Of a stretch of 64,000 bases of DNA, positions 36,716 through 53,700 are shown in pieces (position 1 is the stretch's first letter; each line of letters begins with the position of its first letter). Position numbers and translations under genes: made by a program. Source of the DNA: Octopus sinensis (Eukaryota); assembly GCF_006345805.1 (NCBI RefSeq), contig NC_042997.1:184574001-184638000 (forward strand), read 5' to 3'. The notes beneath the pieces were generated by a model. It was given only the letters and a program-made list of their open reading frames with translations. It was not told the DNA's origin and ran no database searches.

Positions 36716-38204
36716 TATTTCATTATATTGGCAATAAAGGCCTTACATAGAGAAAGGAAGCTGCAGGCCGGACAATCCTCCGTCTTCATCCACGCCTCAT
36801 TCAAGCACAAAGCGAGTGCCGTGTCGGCGTCGCCCGGCCACAAGCGATGATCCTCATTAAGTCCCTTCAGCCTACTCAACATGGGCAACGTTATGACGCC
36901 CACAGCTATCTGCGGAGGCCATTCGGGACCCCGTGTGCAGACTAAAGGTACTCTCTTATGGTGCTTTTCCAACACCTTCTCCACCTCTCCGCCTATGTAG
37001 AAGAAGACCAATAATTCGTCTTCCTCCGGGGACGAGGTAGTCCTTCTATCGTCGGCGGCACAAGTCGCACCGACGGTGTCACTTCCCCTGCCGGTGGCAA
37101 AACCTCCACCGACGAGGTTCCGGTACATTTCGGTACTATGTCACCGACTACCGGCAACGTCCCGTTTCTCTTCCTCGTTTTTCTTCTCAACTGAGGGCGG
37201 GTGCGTCTGCACCGTGACCGGGAGATTCGCCTCCTCTCCCTCATCCTTAGGATCCTTCGGTGAGCACCCATTGTTGCTCACCTTCTTCCCCTTGCGGCCC
37301 TTCTTTGAGGAGTCCTCCGCCTTTCGGCCGCCTTCGTCCCCTCTTCTACAGAGGTATCAACCAACTGCTCCAGGACCTTACTTTGTTCCTGTGGACAGTT
37401 TTTCTTTATATGGGCAGGCTCCAGGTACGGATGACACCTGGGGGGGGGGACCCTCAAGAATCACAGGGTACCTTCACCCGGCCATTTAAAAAAAATCTGG
37501 AAATATCAGATTTTTGGCGGATAGTGTCCACAGGGTCCAAACCGCTTTTGACTCCACCCAATCAGCCGCAGGCAACATCTTTACATTGAGGAGCTTGGGT
37601 CCGTTGCCACCCAGACCCCGGCAGATAGTGTCCTCTATCCACTCGGGCTCTATTCCGGGTGGAAAATCACAGACCCAAGCCCACGTCAACTTCCTCCCAC
37701 AATACGTGGGAAGAAACAAAATCTCTCTGCTCTCCAAGTTTAAAAAAAAACATAACTAGCAAAATCTCTTCTGGACACTCGGTAATCCAGGCCTATTTGG
37801 TAATTCAGCTTGAACCCGGAACGTCACAACCTGGAACACAGCCTCCACAAAAATTGGCAAAATAAATTTGTTGTATCTTCGATGAATTCTCACTATTTTT
37901 CGAAAAGACTATTCACTAAAAGTGAACAAATGTTTGGAGGCGAGATACGCCCCTAAAACAACAATTCTCACAATTAAGTGAGAAACACTATTCACTCAAC
38001 TGCAGGCAGACCAGAGTCCAGAATCCAGTGAAGACTTCTTGTACAAGAATAATTACGGCAAACAACAAGCCCCCACTGGACCCCCCAAAACGAAAGTTTT
38101 ACCTTACAGTTGAGCTTCTTTTACAATCAATTTTCGCCCGCTCCAAACCAGCGTGACGACTTCTATTCTGTGGTACGATCAACACTGACAACACGCATGC
38201 TCGG
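36716..38204 (-). mobile_element. ORF1-only (HAL1-like) non-autonomous retroelement, 1489 bp, 14-bp TSD
   Basis: TSD GAAGTAAGCTTCTT at 36702-36715 and 38205-38218. Frameshifted ORF1-like peptide (..LFLPTYCGRK..FPPGIEPEWIE..; ..ILEGPPPRCHPYLEPAHIKKNCP, a decayed CX2CX4HX4C; basic/acidic tail). No APE or RT. 3' end ..CTCTATGTAAGGCCTTTATTGCCAATATAATGAAATA. Confidence 0.8.
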
Positions 38205-39391
38205 GAAGTAAGCTTCTTACCGCACAGCCACGCCTTCATCTATAGCCAAGCCTGCGCCTGTAGCTACGAATATTTATCTATCGTTTGCTCTATATTTTTT
38301 TCTTGTCTTCTTTTCTGTCTTTCTTTTGTATGAGTTTCAGCACAAAGTCTATGGTCTTGCTGATATTAGAGTAGCTACTGTTACTGCCATGAATTTGAAC
38401 AAAAAAGACGCATCAAGTTATTTTAAACAACATACACTATATTAATTTCACTTCACTTCTATCGAAGGTAAATGAATAACTTGGGAGCAACTCTGAATGA
38501 AAAGTAGAGATAACATCATAACACACACACACTCCTGCACTCATATATGGCTACAGACGCAAAGCGAATTACACACAAGCAAGTTTACACACTAAGAGAA
38601 ACAAGCACAGATACATTTAGGAGATTTATCGTGAATATTTGTAACAGTCTGCATTTTATTCAATATATAATAATATTTAAGCTGCATATATGCAGTGACA
38701 CCGCCTATTGTCGACTATATTAACCCCAAGAACCTCTTGAGAGTTAGTTACTTTACTCAGACGCTGAGAGCCAAGGCAAAGATTTGAATTCTGCTCTTGA
38801 ATCGACTTAAAACCAAATACTAGATATTGTGAGCGATGAACTAATGGCATTCCTGTGTATTATCGTTGGCCTTTAGACATATATCATGTTTTCCTCTTTT
38901 AAGCATCACCGATTTAGATTCACAAGAGACAAATTTCTCAGAGTAATAATGGTATTTTAATCACTTGCCTATTATGATATAAAGAGTTCATTAGCAACCC
39001 CAGGAGTTGTAAAATAGCCCTTCGCCTGATAACATTTTTATTGGTTCTTATATAGAATGATATTGTTTGCTGAAAATTAATGACGAAATGGAGAAAATTC
39101 TGTAATGTATTTCGAGTTTACATTTATTTTGTGGTGAGAGTGCTTCGATATTTAAACTATGGTACTGTATGTAGATATATGTATCTGATATGCGTGCCTA
39201 CACACATTTATGCAAACCTACCCGAATACGCACCATTATTCTTACATAGATACATACCAACATATATATATATATGGCCTGCTCGCTTAGCCAGCGGGGT
39301 GGCGTCATTTGAAGGCTAAAACAATGCGAAGCGCATTGTGACCAGCGATGTGTAACAAAATCTGATGGCCTGGTCGGTCACGGTGATCACG

Positions 39392-39460
<69 letters not shown>

Positions 39461-39722
39461 ACACACAAACATACACACATACACGCACAAACACATACAT
39501 GATTATGCACATATACATTTAAGCATTATGGACAAATTTATAAATACATGATATAGTTTATGTAGTTATATGAATATATAAATATGCATATACGTGTGTA
39601 TATATCTCTACCATTCTATCCACATATTTTCTTGGATACGTATGTATGTTTTAGTATGTCAGTGCATGTATAGTTGCGAAATTGTGTCTACAGAAATTCA
39701 CGCGTACTCACACATATGCACG

Positions 39723-39776
<54 letters not shown>

Positions 39777-41149
39777 CATACGCACACAGAGGCATACTCA
39801 AACATATATGTGTCTGTGTGTGTTGTTACATACAAGCATAGGTGTGATTTCGTGCATAATATTGATTGATTCGTTTTCCTCATTCTTATACCAAACGAGT
39901 AGAATATTCGGGACTTCATATTTGATCTGCCTTGCATAACAAGTCATACATTTATAAATATCTAGAAACTCTTTAGGGCTATGAGAACCTTAAACTCCAG
40001 AAGACGAATCACTCGTCAATTATACAGTTCTCCTGCATAATAAAACTACATGACATGAATCATCCTGCCATCTATTTATAACAGAGAATACAGTTAAAGA
40101 AAGAAAGTATTTATGAATCCTCAAATTACGTTTATGGTTTAGTCGGGTCAATGATAAGTTGCAGTCGGCGGATCTTTCTGAATGTCGCGCCGATTGAGAA
40201 ATTACCATGAAACTGTGTTTTAATAGTGAGGGCCGCGTGATGATGAGTCATGTCACATGCTGTTCGCTACTCGAAAATGTTTGCCATGACTGGTTTAGTG
40301 AAATGAGGAAAAGTAATCCGTGTGATTCCTGTTCAATGCCAATGAAACTGGCGGGAAAGAAAAATGGGCAGAAATTTTGCTTGTTATAAACCAGGCTCTG
40401 TTAAAGACACTCAAGTCTTAGTGATGTTAATAAAAATTATCCTTTCTATTATAGGCACAAGGCCCAAAATTTTAATATCGTCCATTAGTGTTGAGCACAG
40501 GCATAATTAAGCATCGAATTTAGGAGCCCGCTAAATTGACTATATCAGTTACTATTCTTGTATTATCTGTATGGTATACAGTATACAGCCATGCATTGAT
40601 ATCCAGCCTTTATCTTGTACAAGGTTTCAGTTATTTATAAACGAGTATAGATATAAAAGGTAAACAAATGTGTATAACATGAACTTAGAGCAAGTATTAG
40701 ATACAATATCAGTGCGTGTGTTGCTTCTCATTAATGTCATTTCTTGTATATACTGTAATTGTTATTCTATATCAAAAGATATTGCACTGGTTTACAATGG
40801 ATGTTGAAAAATACATGCTTCTTTGAACTAACTACAAAGTGAAATTACTTTCTTTGGGATAACGGTACATCAATTGCTTTATACATTTATTCGACTATGT
40901 GGGAATATACTAAGAACATACCTATTAGTAATGTACGAGATGACTAAAAAATATCGTGTTGTTTGGGGGATAACTATAACAGAGGCAGAAGAGGATATTC
41001 TGATTTACGGACAAGTAGGTAAATTCACTTGGAGACACAAGATATTATGGTTATAAACTAGAGGAGTCCAAGATTAGTTTAGCTTTTTGAACTGATTGTA
41101 AAGGACCATGTTTGAAATGTATCTGGACGCTTCTGTATGAGAAATGACG

Positions 41150-41460
41150 GACAGAATGATTAGGAAACAGAAAGGGGCAAATGGAAGTTGAAGATTAGGT
41201 TTAGTCCTTTGAACTTTCTAATGGGTTTTGATAGATTGTTAGGTTTAAATGGTAGGAATGTCTATAACTGTAATTTGTCTATAACATCTGCATAGAGGTA
41301 TTTCTGAGTTTCTACGACTGAGTGTAAATTCTTAGAAGAGTGAAATAAGATAATAGATAGTGGAAGACCTGTCCGGCTTGATCCGGCGAATGCCATAGTG
41401 CTAAATGGCAACTCACAGAATTTTACAAGTGGACATAATGATTTTATCTTCATGGGGTCT
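41150..41460 (-). mobile_element. Highly degenerate LINE RT fragment
   Basis: ..LPLSIILFH..QKYLYADVI resembles the PxLF..YADD region; otherwise weak. Confidence 0.35.
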
Positions 41461-41866
41461 GATAAATATATCCTTTATCAGAAAGGCTACATTTTCCTCA
41501 CAGCATGTGTAGAGAGGTGTCTTGTGTTTGGAGCTAAAATTTAGGCAATGAAGAACGTTATTCAGCATCGTTTGTACGGCTCAAAATATCTCACGGCTTT
41601 AGCACAAGTCCACAGAGGAGATTTATAGACATATTTCACTCACCTATGCAATTGCTGCAGAAGTTTGTTTTTCTGGGCATTGCTGTATATATCGGATGTT
41701 ATACATTGAAATCTTTGCCCTGTTTAAGAGTACAAAGACCAGTCGAAGCCAAAGATGCTTTTGGCAGAGGCACACAACATGGAACTATAAAAACCCATAA
41801 GAACATAAATGGTTTGCATGATGTGGTAAAACGATTGTGGCTACCTGAAGAAGATATAATATATAT

Positions 41867-41916
<50 letters not shown>

Positions 41917-42367
41917 TATGTATATAGTCCGAAAACATATATATATACAAAAAGTATTTGGGGTTAGCTGTTGTCTGTGAAAATAGAGACATATATATGT
42001 AGATGGATAAAAGTATATATGTGTATGCTATAAGATTATACATATATATGTGTGTGCATACGTGTATATGTGATTGTGTGTGCTTGTACATAAGTATAGA
42101 CATGTTTATATTTTCATGTAAGCTATTGTATGTATCTGTTTACACTTAGACTGTGGTGAAAGGAAGATACACATATACACATACATTTACATACACACAT
42201 ACAAATACATTTACAATCATACGTAAATTATCAGGTGCATGCATACATACGTACACATCTGCACTGATTGATGTACCGCAACTATCTGTACAGAATCTCA
42301 CACGCGAGGAACGATGGGTCGAAACAATTGTAGAGATTACTAAAGAGCCTCGTGAATTCCATTTTCT

Positions 42368-42421
<54 letters not shown>

Positions 42422-42559
42422 TATATACACACACATATATATGCACGCACACGCGCGCGCACTTACATACATATACACAGATATATACTTAATATATTGA
42501 GTAATTCAACTATATTGTGTTTACACATGTTAATGCAGTTAAATGCATACATACATATA

Positions 42560-43148
42560 CTCTCTTTTTACTGTTTCAGTCATTTGACTGTGGCCATGCT
42601 AGAGCACTGCCTTTCGACCCCAGGACTTATTCTTTGTAAGCCTAGTACTTATTCTATCGGTCTCTTTTGCCGAACCGCTAAGTTACGGGGACGTAAACAC
42701 ACCAGCATCGGTTGTCAAGTGATGTTGGGGGGACAAACACAGACACACAAACATATACACACACATATATAGGACGCCATGATAGATCGTTAGCTCCTAC
42801 ACGCATTTTTCTCTCCTTGTTTTTTTCTGTGTATCTTTCTGTCGAAGAACGTAGGCTCGAAACGTAAAAGACTTTTTCTATTCCTGAGCGCTATACTAAT
42901 ACATTTGTTTGTTTGTACTCCACCTGCCTTCGTCTTTTGTTTATTTTCGTAAACTTTCCCTTTATATATATATACATATATACGACGGGCTTGTTTCAGT
43001 TTCCGTCTCCCAAATCCACTCACAAGGCTTTGGTCGGCCCGAGGCTATAATCTAAGACACTTATCCAGGTGCTATGCATTGGGACTGAACCCGGAACCAT
43101 GTGGTTGGTAAACAAGCTACTTACCACACAGCCACTCCTACGCCTATA
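42560..43148 (-). mobile_element. SINE family C carrying a Penelope-like pLTR fragment (42776-42962) in its microsatellite core
   Basis: Family C halves flank the insert. Insert contains TCTTT-CTGTCGA-AGAAC-gtag-GCTC-GAAACGTA-AAAGA (42834-42871; decayed hammerhead). Confidence 0.82.
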
Positions 43149-43756
43149 CATACATACCGCTATATAAAATTTAAGTATCTGCGGAAGTATATGCAAGACA
43201 TGGTAGTTTAAAATAAACGTTTGTCTTCTTTGTGATTATTAATAACACAGTATTATAAAACCACTTTTTTCCTTCCCATTAACGCGACCATGTTGTATTC
43301 TATAGCAGCAAAACATAGAATAAAAATATAAATACCCTGACTATTTTCTCTTTGTTTTGAGAAATACTTAAACTGGACCATTGCATTAAAATATATTTCC
43401 ATATTATACTCCATATCAATTTTGCTTTACACAAGAATGCATTTTCATCGTTGCCAGTAAAGAAATAAGTTATTTAGATATAAGAAATCAATAGTAGAAC
43501 ACCAGATGTTGTCTGGCCAATAATGGGCTAAACGGATTTATGGGTCCCTGAATTAACGCTGAAATTGCAGTTTACCAAGCTGTTACCAAACACCTATCTC
43601 AAAGACAGACAGAAAAATAATGAAAATGATAACGTTTGAAAAATAGATGGGAAGGAAAGACTGATGAGAACAGGGTAAGCACTAACAACCAATCTATCTC
43701 AGCAATCAACAATCATTTTCTGATCAGTATTTTAGTATGTGGTATGTACTATATGT

Positions 43757-48380
<4,624 letters not shown>

Positions 48381-48381
<1 letters not shown>

Positions 48382-48538
48382 CATATCTATCTATATCTGT
48401 CTGACTATCTATCTATATATGTCTGTCTGTCTGTCTGTCTGTCTGACTTTCTATCTATCTATATCTGTCTGTCTGTCTGACTATCTATCTATCTATCTAT
48501 CTATCTATCAATCTAACTATCTATCTATCTATCTATCA

Positions 48539-48573
<35 letters not shown>

Positions 48574-48616
48574 AATCAATCAATCTAACTATCTATCTAT
48601 CAATCAATCAATCTAA

Positions 48617-48681
<65 letters not shown>

Positions 48682-48924
48682 AATCAATCAATCTAACTAT
48701 CTATCTATCAATCAATCAATCAATCTAACTATCTATCTTTCAATCAATCAATCAATCTAACTATCTATCTTTCAATCAATCAATCAATCTAACTATCTAT
48801 CTTTCAATCAATCAATCAATCTAACTATCTATCTTTCAATCAATCAATCAATCTAACTATCTATCTATCTATCAATCAATCTAACTATCTATCTATCAAT
48901 CAATCTAACTATCTATCTATCTAA

Positions 48925-49010
<86 letters not shown>

Positions 49011-49012
49011 CT
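48381..49012. repeat. Compound (TATC)n/(TCAA)n/(TGTC)n satellite at the 3' junction of the Tx1 element
   Basis: Direct reading. Confidence 0.95.
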
Positions 49013-49669
49013 GTCTGTGTGTACATCTATATCTATATATCTATGTATGTGTACAAACACACACACATATACGTACATACATACATACACATACATACAT
49101 ACATACATGGTGTGCTTGCTCATGCAAGTAAGTGTACCCGTGTCTATGTATATGTATCATATTCACGCCGTATTACGTTACGTGCTTCCTAAATGTTGCA
49201 TGAAAATATTCGACCGGATTCGCTTGCATTAACGCTCTACATCTACGTAATACATATTTCCGAATTTTTGAATAAAACATTGAGTGAATATTTATATTTA
49301 CAACATTACAAATATAAACCACTCACGACGGTTCAACCATAATGTTCTATAAACATCTGATCCTATAGAGGATCGTCTGTGCGTCGTTCTATACCTATGA
49401 CTACGTGTTTTTAATCCTGCTTAAAACGACATACGACTCTAGACAAAGCGTCTAGAATCGTATGCCATTATATAATGTAATATTTTAATATATTAACCGC
49501 AATTTTTAGCAACTCTGCAATGTTTATTTTACACGGTAGTCTTCACATATTAGAATCACCTGAATTGATTCAACATCTTCCATGTACGATACCCCATCTA
49601 CCTACCTACCTACCTACCTACATATATACATACACTCCAAACACAAGCTCATCATTTTCAGCATCTTAA

Positions 49670-49847
49670 ACCGTAAATTCGACACAATTTTTCTTCGATT
49701 TTTCGCTCTCTCTCCATTCTTTTCTTCTCATCATTTTCTGACGAAGAGAATAAACTCGAAACGTCAAAGATTTTCCCATTTTTCCCGCGCATCAAATTTG
49801 CGTGTTGTTCTTTCACTTGTCTTTGTTTTTTGTTTTCTGTACATTTC

Positions 49848-49885
<38 letters not shown>

Positions 49886-50090
49886 AGAATTCACAAAAAA
49901 GAAACAAAAGACGAAGACAGGTGGTGTACAACACAAATAGATGTATTAGTATAACGCTCAGGAACAGAAAAAGTCTTTTACGTTTCGAGCGGAGCTCTTC
50001 GTGAGAAATATAGAAAAAGAGAAAAAGTCCAAAGAAGGGAAGACGGAGAAAGCAAATCGTCAACTATACACAGGCGGTCACATATTGAAA
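49670..50090. mobile_element. Two related Penelope-like pLTR fragments in inverted orientation around (TA)n
   Basis: 49670-49850 has the hammerhead motif on +; 49882-50065 has a decayed one on - (CTCACGAA-GAGC-tcc-GCTC-GAAACGTA). Confidence 0.65.
49734..49770 (+). ncRNA. Minimal hammerhead-like motif (Penelope dimeric type)
   Basis: TTTT-CTGACGA-A-GAG-aataaa-CTC-GAAACGTC-AAAG: core intact, palindromic ACGT in place of stem III, GUC triplet, weak stem I. Confidence 0.65.
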
Positions 50091-50172
50091 ACAAAAAGAG
50101 AAAATATATAAAACGAAGTATGCATTACATTTCTAAATCTCTTAGAGAGACTTATACAGTAGCAGTACGATA

Positions 50173-50305
50173 AAGTGATGGTATGTTGCCAACTTAATGT
50201 GGCAGTCCCATGAAAAAGAAGAATGATGTTTTCTAGGGCTAAATAGCAGTTGCATTCTTCCCTTTCATGAGACTGCCACATTAAGTTGGCAACATACCAT
50301 CACTT
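50173..50305. mobile_element. MITE-like palindromic element flanked by TA
   Basis: Arms AAGTGATGGTATGTTGCCAACTTAATGTGGCAGTC.CATGAAA..GAAGAATG (to about 50225) and its reverse complement (from about 50253); TA on both sides. Confidence 0.7.
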
Positions 50306-50550
50306 TAAAGTTATTATATTCTACACAGGTAGAAATTTAGCAAAATGCACCGAGAGTAGTTAAAATATTTTTTATTAATATATTTGAAGCTGAAACCCGT
50401 TTCAAAGTTTACACTGATAATGTTTAAAACTTAAGTAAAATACCTATTTTTTTTATCAAATATAACTAGTCCTGGCACTTTTAGATAACTCTTCATGCGA
50501 TGATTTGAGAAGCTGTGAGGAGTGACAATTCTGTAAATAATAATTTATAA

Positions 50551-50748
50551 TCTGTTGTGTCTGGGGAGAGTCATTCTCTTTTAGTGACTTATGATTTAAC
50601 ACACTCACCGGTATAATTTCCACTTTTTCTTTTTTATTTCCTTAAAATTTTCGTTGCGTCTAACAACCTTTTCACTAGTGGAAATTTTACCGGTGAGCGT
50701 TAAATCATAAGGCACTAAAAGAGAATGACTCTCCCCTGACGCAATAGA
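50551..50748. repeat. Imperfect inverted repeat (about 72-bp arms); one-armed copy at 53161-53290
   Basis: 50551-50624 pairs with 50677-50748; 50551-50672 is directly repeated at 53161-53288. Confidence 0.85.
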
Positions 50749-53700
50749 ATATACTGCAACGCACGAACTCACATAAAGAATCTTGCAAACCAAATCCCAA
50801 AGCGAAGTATTTTATAAGCTTAAAGCTTATGACCAATCATCGTGCAGTGACTAAAGAAAATAGTCTAATACTGTGGCATATAAGCCTTCGACGGAAAAAA
50901 ATGGGGTTTCCGTAGGTGTGGGACTCATACCCACACCTCTATATATTCACGTAGAGAAATGTGGCATCGAGCCCCACGCGTATGGAAAATCCAGTTTGTT
51001 CCATCAAGGGGTTATATGCCCCAATATTAGACTGTTTTCTTTAGTCAATACACGGTAATAGCTTATAAGCTTTGAACTTATAAAACATTATTATTTACAG
51101 GATATACACATACACACACAGACACACACACGCACACACACAAATATCTGTTGAGCATTTCGCGTCGGAACCACAGGTTTACCAAAGGCCAATCAATGAA
51201 TTTGCTGAGCAAATTCACGGAAGTCCGTGGTGTGAATGTGTACATACATACATACATTCAAACGAACATACAAACATGTATACACACCCATACATAACAC
51301 TACCTTCAAGCCTTTATCAATCTCTCTGGCTCTGTCTCTCTCTCTCTTCCTTCCTTGCCCCATCTCTCTCCTTCGATAGATACACCCCACACATATACAT
51401 GATGAAACGTGTTTATACTCACCTTGTACTCCTAAATGGATGCAATGCTTTATGCATATTTTCTAATTTCACATCTCATACTTTTGGTCCTTTGTTTTTT
51501 TTTTTGTGAAGCTGTCGGAGTGTCTCCGCTACCCCTAATATGCTGAATCACTGTGTTTTATTATTCTTTCTCTTCGTGCTCCTCATTGCCCTTCCCCTTC
51601 ATTGAAAAGTGCTTCAGTCATGGTCTTTGTTTTCCTCTCTGGTTCTCCTATCACTAGCTGTTTGTCCACCTTCTTCTCCATCTCTCACTCTGTTACTCAC
51701 AAATCTTGCTGTCTCTATTCTACTCTCTTTCACTCCTATTTCCTTTTTTCTTTATATCTCTCACATTTGACTAATAATTTCTCTCTTCTGTATCACTCTG
51801 TTTCACTCTCTTTTCTTTCCCTCTCTCTCTCTCTTATCCTCTGTGTTACTATTTACTCCCCACACTGGTATCTCTTTATCTCCCTTACTATGGCTTTCTT
51901 TTACATCGCTTTCTATCTCTCTCATTACCTAGTTTCTTTTTTCAGTTTCCCTTATCTCTTCTCTTCGTTTGCATTTTATATCTCCAATCATTCGAATTAG
52001 ATAATCGGCGCCCGCATACACAATATCCTTTTATTATTTCTTTTATCTTCCAATTTTTTTTTTCATTTAAAACTAAATTATTTCAAATTCTCTTTAATTT
52101 ACAATTGCGTTTTTTATTGATGGGCAGTGAATCGATGATAAAGTTGAAAAATATATTTCTTTGTGGCTACAATTTGATCTCGCACCCATAATATTCGTCT
52201 TTTAGCATAAATGAATGAATCTCAACTAAGTAATTTTTTTCACTAGCTTGTGGGTCATAGGTAGCTTAATCAGCAACAACACTACTGAAGTAAAATTTTA
52301 TGGGTACAAGTTCAAATTACTGTCACGGTCATATATTGCGATTCGCTAAAGTGTCGATGTCATAAAAAAATACCACGGTTGAAACTGTCACACACATATA
52401 AAGTTCTCTGATGCCAAACATGAAAGGGCTTTCTGTGCAGCAGAAGCAGATGAGCAGCAACAACTGTTGTAGGCTAATGTTTTGTATTCTAAGATTTACT
52501 AGTCACTTTCGATATGTACACAAACACAAAATACAAATATGTACACCTTTTCGCCCTCCCAGAATACTTCTTTACATTTACCCGGTACTCCAGGTGAAAA
52601 ACAAATCAAGATGAAATAATTCTAAGGCACATACATTGCCTGTCAGGTTGTCAGAATTAGAGTTTTTCATTGAAAACTTATTGACACACTTTTATCTAAC
52701 TAACATTTAAGATAAAGTAATTTAAATTTATTCTAGTCTATCAGCGGAACATTCATACTTCCATACATCTTTGTTGGCAGGACTGAAATAATCCAGTTAT
52801 ATAGATTTAGTCTTGCACTTAAACATGTGTATAATAAATCCTGCTCTTCAATGATTACGGTTCCTGTGGTGCATTCATCAAGAATTCACCTTGTCTGGAA
52901 GATTAAAAGGCAGATGAATATAAGAATACGTTCTTTCTGAAGAATAGAATCAGAATATGGGGTGTTCCAAACCTTAGTTGCATAACTTCAAATTGACAAT
53001 AGATGGGTTGTTCTTTACTGATATGGTCATTGAATGTGCACATATAGTTCTGCAATTCAATAAATTTCATCATATATGCTTGTATCAAGAAAGGTTCTGC
53101 AATATTGTTCTAATACAATAAATCTGTCTCGATGAATTTCCCCTATTCCATCAGGCGCATTCTGTTGTGTCTGGGGAGAGTCATTTTCTTTTTGTGCCTT
53201 ATGATTTAACACACTCACCAGTAAAATTTCCACTTATTTCTTATTCTTATTTTCCTAAAATTTTCGTTGCGTCTTGCAACCTTTTCAATTGTCTTATATC
53301 AGCAGCTATGAGGCTTTCAGAACCTTTTTGTTTTTAATTTCACGGAAGGTAACCCAGCATTAAACAACTTTCTGTTCGCTTGGAAAGTGGGTCAAATTGT
53401 TTACTGTAGCTCATCAATTGTTGTGCAGTATGCACAACACGCAAAGAAAATAATTTACAACCTTGTTTCAATTTATGACAATACGATCCTTTTTCAAAAA
53501 CATTGCTATAGCAATGGAACAATAGCATTGGAAACCATAGCAATTTGCTTCTACTGAAAGATGATATTTGATAATATTTCACAAATTTCTCGGAGGAGTA
53601 TATAAATCAACATAGATACTTTTTGTACTTCTTAATGAAGTGTAAAGGCAAACTTCGAAAAGTCAATAGCGATGTTTGTAACGCTTTCAGACTTAAATTG

